From the NCBI GenBank assembly GCA_002269645.1, contig NIVC01000735.1, positions 310,001 through 374,000 of the forward strand: 64,000 nucleotides of DNA. Direction: 5' to 3'. The notes beneath the pieces are model-generated. The model worked only from the letters and a program-made list of their open reading frames with translations. It was not told the origin of the DNA and ran no database searches. This DNA comes from Macrostomum lignano (lineage: Eukaryota). Positions 29,436 through 41,241 of the stretch are shown here, one piece after another; position 1 is the first letter of the stretch; each line of letters begins with the position of its first letter. A program made the position numbers and the translations under genes.

Positions 29436-31141
29436 TCAGGCGTAGGCATTCAGCAGCTTCTCGGCTTCATCGCGCAGTCGCCGATCCTCGACGCCGTTGA
29501 CGCGGGCCTCCTTGGCCTGGCGGAGCAGCCGGAGGGCCTCGGTAACGTCGGCGCCGCCGCGGCCGCCCTGCCCGGACTCCAGGCGGCAGCGGGCCGCCCA
29601 GTACAGCGCGGTGACGCTGCCGGGGCGCACGGCCAGGGCGCGGTCCATCAGGCGCTGGGCGTCCTCCAGCTTGGCCTCGGGCAGGCAGTCCGGCCCGAAC
29701 AGGTAGGCGGCCGTGCGCCGCTCCAGCCAGCTGACGCGGCTCACCTCGTACAGGAAGCAGGCCTTCAGCTCCAGCAGGTCCGCGTGCTCCGGCTCCAGCT
29801 CCAGGCCGCGCTCCACCAGCTGCCGGAACTTCACGCCGCCGCTCACCTGGACGCGGGTCACGAAGTAGGTAAGTACAGAGGTCAAATAAGGTCAAGATTG
29901 TGCCCATAGGCCCCCAAAGCCACAGAGTGCACATGCCTGACGACTAGAAAGTCAGGGCCGCTGTACGCCCCGTGTGAGCGCGTGTCTGAGTGCGTGTCTG
30001 AGTGCAGTATTGGCGCCCTTGTATGTACTCGGGAGTCAGCGGAATGGGCGCTGGTTGTAGGACGACAAGGTCAAGATCTTCCCCATACAACTAAATTGGG
30101 TCAAGTGAATGTCCCACAAGTAATCGCGGAAGTTCACCTTGTCTTTGATGCCCAGGTTGCGGATCATCAGACCCAGCGTGCGCGCTCGCACGGCGTGGCA
30201 CTCTGCGGAGCCAGTGTCCAGCTCCAGCGCCTGCGCGGCCGCGGCGTCAGCCTGGCCAAGCAGGTCCCTAGCAACCGAGGCGTTGCCGCCGGGAGACGCT
30301 TCAACAAAGTGCAGCTGCAGACAGGCCTTGGCCCAGCGAAGTAAAACCTGAGTCAGTATTGAAGACGTAGCTCGGTTATGGCTTTGCTACAGTTTTCCCA
30401 TAGCCACCAGAGGTTTATTGTTGTCAGAGTTCCCATGGCAACCACGGGCTTATTATCGTCAGATCTCCCATAGCAGCTAGAGGTTTATCATTCTCTGATC
30501 TCCCATAACTACTAAAGGTTTACTACTGTCCGAGTTTCCATAGCAACCAGAGGTTCGTTAGCAAGCGTCCCCATAACAACTTCAAGTGAATTGACAAGCG
30601 TCCCCATAGCAACCAGAAGTGTATTGGCAAGCGTCCCCATAGCAACCTCTGGCTGGTTGGCCAATCTCCGGTCTTTCTTGAGCCGGTCGCGCAGGATGCT
30701 GTGTGCCTCCCTGTGGCCGTCCTCGCCGCTCTCCAGCAGGCCGTCCACTTTGTCCAGCAGCTCGGCCGCGTCCTCAATCGGAACGGCCGAAGAGTCGGCC
30801 AGGCTGAACATCACCGCGGACGCGTTCCCAGCCTCGGACTCGGCGTCGAAGAACTCGTCCGAGCCGCTGCTGGCGCCGCCGCCGCCGATAGCGTCGTAGA
30901 AGAAGGCGGTCGAGGCGGCGGTGCTGGCGCCGCCACGCAGCCGGCGGGCGCGCAGCTTCAGCCGCAGCTGGCGCAGCTCCGCTTCCAGCTGGCTGAGCCG
31001 GCCAATCAGCTCGGACAGCAGGGCCTCCTGCCGGCCGGCGCAGCGGCAGTGCTCAAGCAGGACGCCCAGCCAGGTGCCAGCGGCCAGCGGGGCCGCCAGC
31101 CACAGCAGGACCCAGCGCCAGCTGACTCGAATACCACGCGG
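29436..31141 (-). CDS. RMDN3: Regulator of microtubule dynamics (RMDN2/3, PTPIP51-like); exons 31141-30647, 30347-30138, 29846-29436; no ATG ahead of the TM segment
   Basis: N-terminal TM helix, coiled coil and FFAT motif EFFDAESE. TPR region VLLRWAKAC...KFRQLVERGLEL...LYEVSRVSWLERRTAAYLFG matches the RMDN-family SW-ER--A--LF motif. Phase-0 GT-AG introns. The paralogue assignment is tentative. Confidence 0.85.
30400..30646. repeat. 33-35-bp degenerate array starting exactly at the RMDN exon-1 donor (GTTGCTATGGGGAC…)
   Basis: ~8 units each beginning GT(T/A/G)GCTATGGG on the minus strand. Confidence 0.8.
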
Positions 31142-31156
31142 CTGCAGCAACAGGTA

Positions 31157-31350
31157 GGATTACACCTGGCATTTACACTGACCCAATTGGATTACACCTG
31201 GCATTTACACTGACCCAATTGGATTACACCTGGCATTTACACTGACCCAATTGGATTACACCTGGCATTTACACTGACCTGATTGGATTACACCTGGCAT
31301 TTATACTGACCCAATTGGATTACACCTGGTATTTACATTAACCTGATTGG
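31157..31350. repeat. 32-bp minisatellite (GGATTACACCTGGCATTTACACTGACCCAATT), 6 copies, abutting the RMDN 5' acceptor
   Basis: Tandem units read directly. Confidence 0.92.
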
Positions 31351-31920
31351 TGCCAGTTCAATAGAAAAATCAAAAGTACATGGTAGTGGCACAGAAACAA
31401 ACTGGCTATCTATCCAGTTATATTAGCTATTTATGTGATTCAAATGGAGACAAAAGTATTGACCCACTGGGTAGTGGAAAAGGGTAGCACTTATTCTCAT
31501 AGTCCTTTGTAGATTAATTGTATTTATCTATATGGACTATATAGGCAAAGTGGCACTTGCTATTTTATCAAGCTACCAAGTTATGATAGATTGAACTTAT
31601 CTATTTTCATTTTAAATTCTTATAGGTTAAGTTAATCATGTGTTTTCACAAATTAATCATTATTACCCTATATGTTCTAGTTAAATGATGAGTTAGGCAA
31701 CTAACTCTAGGTGAAAATGTAATTTTAGAATGTATAGCCAATTCATCAATTTAATTGTTTTATCATTTTATAATATTTTCTCTAGTTCCAAAGCAGCAGT
31801 CAATTATGAATTGTGACTTATACCTTGAAGTTTTACAAATGACTAATAATTGCTTTCTTTTTAGAAAGCAAGCATTATAAATAATCTAAATAATCTAATA
31901 TACATATTAGAAATAAGCAA

Positions 31921-32537
31921 TTGATAGGGTATCCATTGGCAGTGAGAATATTGATAATGTTGGTAAACTCGTTGTGCAGCAACGACCAAGAGCAACATAC
32001 TGTATAGGCACGATGAAGCAGACAACGAATGACTCCCGTCTTCCATTCCCTGGGGCACAACGCCTGGAAATTAAGCATCAATTTAGTGAATGTGGGCTTG
32101 CGATACACTTCTCTCTTGCCCCTCTTGCCCCCACTCTTGCTAACGTTTGCATGTCACATTGGGAGAAAACCTGGATGGAAAAAAGCTGTGCTCCGAAATT
32201 TTACAAACGGTATGTCGATGACACATGCGCTATTTTTGATAACGAGGAAGACTTTCTGCAATTTTTCAACACAATAAATGCCACCCATCCTAACATTAAA
32301 TTCACCGTGGAATATGGTGGAAAGAAACTACCGTTTCTTGACATCGAGATCCATCTGAAGGACTGCGCTATTGAGACCGAAGTGTATCGCAAGCCCACAT
32401 TCACTAAATTGATGCTTAATTTCCAGGCATTGTGCCCCAGGGAATGGAAGACGGGAGTCATTCGTTGTCTGCTTCATCGTGCCTATACAGTATGTTGCTC
32501 TTGGTCGTTGCTGCACAACGAGTTTACCAACATTATC
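31921..32537. mobile_element. Penelope-like element RT fragment with an inverted duplication, flanked by a 15-bp TSD (ATTAGAAATAAGCAA)
   Basis: Plus-strand PLAPTLAN..YKRYVDD..LPFLDI..VYRKPT. 31952-32111 is the reverse complement of 32379-32538 with one mismatch. TSD at 31906-31920 and 32538-32552. Confidence 0.88.
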
Positions 32538-34518
32538 ATTAGAAATAAGCAAGTTCTTTTTAGAAATATAAGTGCATATATAAAAATGATACATATTATT
32601 GAATTTTTTTTTAATTCAAAATCTAAACAATTGAAAATAATACATTTAGTTTTATATATACTTCCTAGGCCTGGCATAAGGAAAAGCCTAATAGGCCTAT
32701 ACTATATTATTTGAAATAATTATACCTTATAATAAATTAACTTTTTATGAATGTTTCAACCTACTCTGTGATGTTTTCTTATACTTATAGCATGAACAAG
32801 AAAATAATGCCTAAAGGCTAAAACAATCTATAAAAATACACTTTGAAACCAATTATGCAATTAAGTAATCAAATAATGAACTACTAAATTTATTTAATTG
32901 CTAAATAGAATAATTAGAGCCACTACAACTGAATAAATAGTCAATTTGTTTTCTAGTAGACAAATAGATAAAGATGGCAAACAAAATGACTATACCCTTT
33001 TAATTGCCTTCCTATATTATCATGGTTTTATCAAATAGTCAATGCAATATAAGCTTTCCTATTACAATAAATGCCATTGGCAAGTAGGTTGCATAGGTGA
33101 TAGTTGGTATAGTTGATATTTGTTCTATGGAAGTGTTTATCCCCATGGTCTTATGCCAATAATTCCAATTTTATTCATTCAGATCCATGTAAATAATTTT
33201 TAGTTATCCCCACTGCAGCTTATTGCTGCCACCATTCAAGTCTAGGCCATGTCAAAAATTCCAATTTTATCTACATGGATCAATGTCAATAATTTGCAGT
33301 TTATCTCTATGGCATAGCAGCTTACTGGAATAGAGTAGCCTCAAATAAATCTGCTCAAGGACCCTAGAGGTCCTTCTGCATCTGGTATTTACATATAGTT
33401 TATTAGCATGCTGTAGGCCTATATAGTTTTATATTTGTAATTTTAATTAAAAATCTACTATTGTATTTTTTGTCTTAAGTGTTCATCATATATTAATATA
33501 TCCATATGACATATGACTATATCTATCTAAATATGTGTTCATTTTTTTATTCTAAACAAAACTTGCTTGCAAAAACTATCTTATTGTTTTCATTATTTTA
33601 CAAATCTTCTGAATAAACTACTGAATAGTATAGAGTACTTTGTTAAAACTTAAATGTCATTAAAATGATGAATTTTAAATATCTGCTTAGCTGCCAACAT
33701 GACTAAGTGATCATATAGATTTCAATAAATTTCAATAAGCTGCTGTGGAGATAAGCTGAAAATTATTGAAATAGCTCTGTGTGAATAAAATTAGAATTAT
33801 TAGCATAGGACCAAGGGGGATAAGCACTTCCTTGTTCTATCGTTGATAGGCCTAGTTGATATTTATAATATAAACAATAAAATGCTAGAAAAGAAAGTAT
33901 TTACTAAAAGTTTAGGTCCTAACCCTTATAATGTGCCATTCATACAAAAAGGCATCAATAGGGCCCAATATAAAATGTGCATGCTTAAAAATTGGATAGG
34001 CCCCTAGGATTTAAAGTTTAGGATCATATATATATTTAGACTATATAATAAATATATAGGATTCTATATACTCCAATATATATAGGTTTAACCAATTAAG
34101 ATCCCTACTAATCACAAATCAGCCTAACTGGGTTTCTAGGATTTTGAAATTGTCTATGTATGGTCCTATTCTACCTCTAGCCTAGCAGTATGTTGATGTA
34201 TAAAATATATACTATGTTTTCTAATATGACTACTTAATATGACTACTAAAATTTCAAATATTTATTTCTAATCAATCTGACATTTTAATTTTTTCCTAAC
34301 ATTGACGATTTCATTGATTTATACTTTCAAAAAATTTAAGGTCCTATGCTTATGGCTTTGCCCAGCCTATGCATTGCCATGATTTTGGATTGCTCCATCT
34401 TTATTTGATCTGATGACTTCTAATGTATAATTACTCATTACTGTAGTCTGTAGATTATAGAAACCTTTTTTGTCGGTCTTGTGACCTGTGTAATGTAGTA
34501 GTATACAATGTAGTGTAT

Positions 34519-34778
34519 GGGCCTTTTCATATTGCTTGCTCTGGTTCCAGAACCAGAACCAATTTGTGAAGTATAACTTTTTGTCTCCATAACTAGAGGG
34601 AGATACGTGCTATAAAGTTTTTATTATTGAATGACAATCGCCAAGAAGAAAGTGAAAAATTGTGCTAAGTTAGGTTGTTAAGGCAGTCAAATATTAACAG
34701 AGTTTAATAGTTATACAGCTGTTTTTCTTGGAATTCCGAACCGATTCTGGTTCTGGAATTGGTAATATGAAAAGGCCC
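34519..34778. mobile_element. MITE, 260 bp, TIR GGGCCTTTTCATATT, 3-bp TAT duplication (PIF/Harbinger-like)
   Basis: 15-bp perfect TIRs plus subterminal CCAGAACCAGAA inverted copies; TAT on both sides. Confidence 0.72.
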
Positions 34779-35199
34779 TATAAAAAGTGTTTCTATGAAA
34801 CGAGAACTTTGAATTTCAATTTCAAAACAAAACCAAAAAACTAAAATCAAACGTTCTTAGTCTGCAGTACAACTTGGAAGCACTTCACTATAGAAAATAG
34901 ATGTTGGTGATTCCGATTCCGAAAACCAGTGGCGGATTCAGGATTATTAATGTATAGGCATATTGGCTCATGCAACTTTTCAGGTTTTCTTAAAATTAGC
35001 CCAGATAAGCCAAAAATTAATTAATTAATTAAAATACTCTCTTTATTATATATACAAAGTCCAGACACGGCAAATTTGGGGGTGGCAGGTTTTTACTAAG
35101 GCCAAATATGATCAAGCTTTTGCCCATAGTGCATATATCCCCACCACTATCACTATAGACTTTGAGTAGTCAAAAGAGGTCAAGTTCTTGTCTTGACTA

Positions 35200-35668
35200 T
35201 ATATACTCAGCAACAGCTAAACCCCCCCCCCCGGCCCCAACTCACGCTGTCACACGGGCACAAAAGTTAAGCAATGTCTTTAATTCTAGTCTCAGTATCG
35301 TGTGTAGGAACCACGAGCATGCAAAAGTGCCGTGACTCGTCGTGGCATCCTGATCACCAGCCGGTTGATGAACTCTTGGGGCAGCTGCTGCCAGGCATTC
35401 AGCACCGCCAGTCGCAACTGTTCAGCATTCTGTGGGGCATCCTGCTGAACTCTTCGCTTTACAAAGTCCCAGACATGCTCGATGGGGTTCATGTCTGGAG
35501 ACTTTGAGTTGCGCCACCCCCTCCCCAAATCCCCCATGCCGCACTTTGCGCTCGCGTCTGGCGGCGGCAGCCTTCACACATTTCTGAGTCTGCACCGATG
35601 GCATACAAAACTTTTGGGCCGTGTGACAGCGTGAGTTGGGGGGGGGTTTAGCTGTTGCTGAGTATATA
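35200..35668 (-). mobile_element. Internally deleted Tc1/mariner element, copy 1
   Basis: ~70-bp TIRs (TATACTCAGCAACAGCTAAACCCCC..CAACTCACGCTGTCACACGG) in a TA context. Residual transposase C-terminus SPDMNPIEHVW...MPRRVTALLHARGSYTRY*. Confidence 0.9.
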
Positions 35669-36798
35669 CATATTCTCGCGAGCTACTGTCACTAAAAATT
35701 GGCCAGGCGCACTAGGGTGAATATGCCTGACAATTAGAAAGTCAGGGCTGCTGTACACACTGCGTGAGCGTGTGTGTATGAGGGAGTGCCTGCGTACAGT
35801 ATCCGCGCGATTGTATGTGCTCAGGACTCAGCGGAATGGGCAGAACTGCCTCAGCGCTGGTAATAGTTGGACGATGTCGCCGAGATCGAGCGTCCGGCAA
35901 CCCTCCTACAGTTATCTGATTGATTTATGTACGTTTGGCACTTCATTTTTCGGCCCTGTCGAGCACTCCATCTCTTAAGGGAGTCAAGGCTCGTTTACTC
36001 ATACGCCGCCATCAAATGAGACCTATTTTAAGCGATCACATGGCTTGTACATGTACATACTTTTTCGTCACGGCTGGTTCACCATGTACACCATTGGTGT
36101 GATTTGCATTGATGGCCAACAATTGTTGGCGGTGTAAACAAGGCCGGCTATCATTCACGACTCTCAGTTCAGTCATGCTGTACACTGCCTTCTCTAAGCT
36201 TTTCGGGGCTCAACTTCTTCATGGCAAAATGTGAAAGTGTCTCAACTTGCGTCGAATATTTCATTTGTGCGTACCTCGAACTTGACACTAAAGACACTGT
36301 TAAGCTGCGCCCCTCAAGCGTAAAGTTGACACAGCGCGCAGGCCACATGCACATGAAAGCTATTTTAGCTGCCATTGGAATATGTACAGTGCCGCCTGAA
36401 TATTGAAATCATGCAGAGAAGATTATCCCTTTGCTCTAGCAAAAGTTTGGAACTTCTTTGGCTGAGACGAATTTTCTGCAGTCTTCTTCAAGCATGACAT
36501 CCTGACAGGAACTTAAAGTGCATTTGACGGCAACTTATGCATGCAGCTTGAAAATAAACAAGCTGCAAAATTTTAATTAGCTTTTTAATGCGACTGACAA
36601 AGCCGCAGACTTAAGCCGCAATAAATATTATTGTAAAAAGACGAGCAAACACTGTAAGGAATGTATTTTGTGTGACAGAAATCTTAGACACAGTTTTACC
36701 AGTCATTTTCAGATGCCAAAAGAACCGTACTTTGGTGCAGCATATGCAAAGGCTGGAACTGTCCCACCCCAACTGAGATCCGCAGTCCGAACCCCAGG

Positions 36799-38986
36799 TC
36801 AGAACAGGTAGCCAGCCTCTTCGGTTGCCATGGCACCCCGCAGCGTCTTCTCCCGCAGTTTGGTCTGCAGCAGGATGTGCTGAAGGACCCCGGCCCGGAT
36901 GTCCATCTCCTTGAGCTCGTTCTTCAACCGCTGCAGGGCCTTCTTGATTCGCATCAGCGGCGAGCCGTCCGTCATTGAGTTTCCGCGCTCCTCCATCTCG
37001 GATTTCACTCGCTCCAGCTCCTCGGAGATCTCCTGCAGCTGCCGGCCGCGGTCGTTGATGCCCCCGGAGGCCTGCTTGTAGCGCTCGCGGGCCTCGGCCA
37101 GGCGGTCCTGCGCGGCCCGGAGCTCCCTTAGCGCGCCTTCCACCTGGCTGTTGAGATACTTCTCTCTGCTGCCCAGCTTCTCCAGACTGCGTCCGATGTC
37201 CTCCTCCATGCGCTTCAGCTGCTGCTGGACCTGGCATCGAGGAGTGAGCGTTGCGGATTCAGAGATGGGGGGTCACAGATGGGGGAGTCATAGATGGAGG
37301 AGTCAGCGGTTGAGAAGTCAGCGATTGAGGAGTCAGCGATTGGGGTGTCAGTGATGGGAGAGTCAGGGAGGTAGGCACGGAGGGCAGTGAAGGTCAAGGA
37401 GACCAAGAGCGCCAGTGAGTCAATGGAGTCAGATGTGGCCATGAAGATGACAAAACGACGCGGTGGAACAGAAGAACAGCAGAGGGGGAGAGCGGGGCGG
37501 AGGCAGACAGGCCACCAACCTGTCCATAGCAGTCTCCGATAGCCTTCTGATACTGGTGCATGGAGTCCAGGTGCACCCGCCAGTCCTTGCCCTCGGCGCG
37601 CAGAACAACTTTGAGCTGCGGCTGCACCCGCTCCACCTCCAGCATCCATTCGGTGGAGTCGGTGTTGGACTCCAGGATCACCTCCGGCTTCAGCACGGCG
37701 TCGCCCTGGGAGCCTCCGGCGGCCGCGGACGCTGCGGCGGCCATCTTGGCCAGGCCGTCCACGTCCGGCACGTTGTCCTCATCCTCGATGAAGTCGTCGT
37801 CGGAGAACTCGTCGGCCACGCCGCCCTGGTCGTCCAGAGTCTTCACCGCCGACTCCGACTCGTCCTCGATGACATCGACGTGGTCCTCGCCGGCGTCAGT
37901 CGGGTAGCGCGGCTTGTCGAACACGAACCGGCGCACCTGCGACAGGTGGGTGGGTGGGGTTGGAAACTCTGCAGCCGGATCTACCGACAGAAAGACTGAA
38001 AAGCTGTTAGGCATGAAATTTCTGAATGAAAGGAAGTTCCTTCTGTCTGAAGTTCGAAGCTTGGCTCAATGCTTCTAAGGTGTATAAATAAGCGATAGCT
38101 GCTGTTTTTCTCCGCACATAGTTTAGCTAGAGAGAGAATCGCTGGCTACCCTGCAGAATGTAACCTCGTTTTACATTTTTGTAAGTCAAGAAAATATTAA
38201 GTGTTATTAAAAATACTAATTGCAGGTTTGTAGGCCCCAGACGCAACGCCTTCGACGACACCGTCCCACAGCTAGCGAGCGGTGAGGCAATTCTGCCCAT
38301 TGCTCAACTCCCTCATGGGTGTAAATCTTTTCGTGCACACAAGCCCCAAATTAATGCGACCGCGCACGAAACTAGGGGTCCCGGCGCCAGAATCAAACGC
38401 GTTGATTGTTATATCTGATAGATTTAGTTATCGATTTATTTCACGCTATAAAAGATCACGCTCACCTGAAGAGCCTCCTCTGAGAGCTTGAGCAGCACGT
38501 ACACCACCTGCGGTCCCGAGCCGGACTTCAGCTTGCTCGGCGGAAAGTCGATGCTGTGCCCAAGACTGCGCACGGCGTCCAGAATGCCGCTGACGATGGC
38601 GTTGGGGTCGTCGTACTCCTGCGGCTCCTCCATGTCTTTGCCGCCCATCCGGACCAGCCAGGAGGCCAGGCAGCCGAAGGCGTGGAACTGCTCGCCCGAG
38701 TTGGTTGCCATGGCGAAGTAGTGCCGCGAGATGGGTTTGTGGTGCAGCTGCCTGTTTATAAAAATCAGGGGTGACTTGTAGTGAAATTGCTGCTAAATTC
38801 AATTGAAAAATGCTCATGGACTCAGATATGAACTGCAGTCTGGCTCCAATATGGCTGTTTTTTTGCTTACTTGCAATATTCCCTGTCATAGTCCAATAGC
38901 TTTAGGTTGTCAAGCACTGCTTCCATGTTGAGGAAGACCTGGTAGGCGGCTCCAGGCCCATCTTCAATCTCATCTTCTGTGGCCAT
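36799..38986 (-). CDS. IFT57: Intraflagellar transport protein 57 (HIPPI), ~416 aa; exons 38986-38871, 38751-38466, 37936-37520, 37230-36799
   Basis: GPGAAYQVF, SRHYFAMATNSGEQF, PQEYDDPNA, DFPPSKLKSGSG, EWMLEVERVQPQLKV, KDWRVH, EERGNSMTDGSPL; GT-AG introns with consistent phases. Confidence 0.95.
37255..37375. repeat. Degenerate 15-bp array (GATGGGGAGTCAGC-like), IFT57 intron 3
   Basis: 15-bp periodicity next to the acceptor. Confidence 0.7.
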
Positions 38987-41072
38987 TGCTGTAAGGTAAG
39001 TTAAGGCATCATAGTGCCATTAATTATACAGCCTTGAACATAAAACACAATTTGCAAAAATAAGCAATGCTGCACAATTATTTTGTTAAAATATAGTGTG
39101 TAAATTAATAAAATTGATAGTTAATAAATTATTTATTAACACTTGATACAACAAAATTCAAATTAAAAAATACTAATACTTTTAAGGCCAATCTGCATCA
39201 TGACTTAAGAATTAAACGAAAAATCAACATCATGGATGCTTTCAACTATCATTTATGGTTCTCACTGGCTACAATTTGAGCTGGTCATTATTAACACACT
39301 CATTCAGATATTATCAAAATGAAGCTCCACTTTATAAGCTTTTGATAAGAAATTTAATATAAATGCCTTCTTCACTTAGTAACAGTTGTTTGGAGGTTGA
39401 AAACTTAAACAGGATAAATTAGGTTGAATTTTTGTGTTTTTAATATAATATTAACTGAATTGATTTTTGCATAAGACAAATGTATAATTTCGATTTTTCT
39501 ATACATTTTATACACTTCAGAAGGCTGGATATAGATTTACCTTGAATGTAAATATTATTGTGTGATAATGATTGACTTTTCAACACAATATAAACAGACA
39601 CGTACAATTGTTTAAAAATATAACCGATATTAAATTAAATATAAATGTTATACACATAAATCTAAGATCCAATATCAAACGCATCTATAGTCCATTAACT
39701 TGATACCTTTCTGGATCAACTCAAGATCCTGAGCAATAATGATAAAATACTGTTATATGTAACTAAATAAAACATTGAATAGTGTTAGTCGATCCACTAA
39801 TATATATAGCTCATATAATAATTGTCGTAAAAGCTTATTGTTTTATTTAACGAGGTTTCATAATAAAATTGACTTAAATAATTGAGCAAAAATTTACATT
39901 TAAAACGGATAATAAACTACGGACTCAATTTGATCGTTAAAACAATTAATTACAGTATAGTATAGAGACTTCCAAAGTTCGTAAAAAGTTGTATTATAGA
40001 TTACATTAAATTTATTATTTAAAAATTCTAGATATAGATATACAGTAGGTTTGACTTCAGAAAGTTTAGGATTAGTAAGATTCGTCATCCCAATCTCGGA
40101 TTCGCCAGTCCTCTCAATCGATGTTCCTCTTAAAAATCCATCCTATTTGCTTCTTTAAATATTAACATACATTAATAAAAGTGTACCCAAAGAAGCTTCA
40201 ATACAATTCTGTTCAATTTGACTCCTAAACCTTAATCATCACACTGTTAATAATCACCACCATAACACCACCAGCTAGCTTACCGCCGATATAATGCAGT
40301 TACATGACTATTCTCTAAATTGTATTTTGATCGTAAAACTCATTAGAATTGAGCACTGGATACAGATGTGCAGAGATAAAGCTAAAATTCACGTTATGAG
40401 AAGGAACCAAATAGAAAATCGAGTTGCATTATATTGACTAGACCTACACGTACATGAAAGTTTTGGGACGTACCCACATGTGTACTATTATATAAAGGAT
40501 GTGAGGACGTACAGTATGTAGTGTCAGCATCTTGCGCAATTTGTTATCATTTGTTGCTATTTGTTATTTGATATTAGTTATTGATATTTTGTTCTTTTTT
40601 TAAGGTCAGACTAAGAGCTTAAGACAAAGGGTACATGTCAGTGAATTGGTCAAAATGCGACTTCAGAAAACCGGCTTGGCCCAGCGAAGGGTCACGCGGT
40701 CTGCACCCCACTAAAGTTTACCCCGACTTTAAATCAGCCGACCAATCATGCAGAAGCCCTCGAGCACGTGGCACGGCTGAAGAGCGAAATCTAGCTTATA
40801 AGGGCTGAGAGCGTTGTGGGTCCAGTGCAATCGGAGTTACAGATCGGGCAAGGCCAGCCAACCCACCATGCAACGGGCTTGGAGGGGGTTTCTCCTCTTC
40901 CTCTCTCCTGTCTTCTTTTCAATCTCCCGTTTTTCAATCCACCTCATTAGGCGACGTTCCGCGCATTGAAAGCGCGTTGACTCCGCCCCCGGAATGCCTG
41001 CGCTTACCCTGCCAGACCGCAGTAGTCTTGCCAGCGTAACGTTCTTCGGCGGTTTGTTTCGAGTATCGCTGC

Positions 41073-41241
41073 CTAGATCACAGATACTAAATACACGCTG
41101 TACTCGTCGCTTGTAAATTTCCTTTTTTAAAGCTACTTTTAGTAGGCACGAAAGCGCAATGCTGAATTTAATGCTGAAATCCCTAATTTTTATCAGCAGC
41201 CAATCGCTACTAGATATCGGTATTTAGTATCTGTGGTCTAG
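41073..41241. mobile_element. Small MITE-like element, 169 bp, 22-bp TIR (CTAGAYCACAGATACTAAATAC)
   Basis: 41073-41094 is the reverse complement of 41220-41241 with one mismatch. Confidence 0.65.

Noticed and set aside
39590-40520. Impression that some AT-rich stretches (also 26930-27330 and 58571-59400) are reversed or complemented DNA (many ACGT/GTAC)
   Set aside because: Hand counts of CG vs GC and TG vs GT were about equal rather than inverted over most of the length, and no mirrored source was found in the window; a k-mer model would be needed
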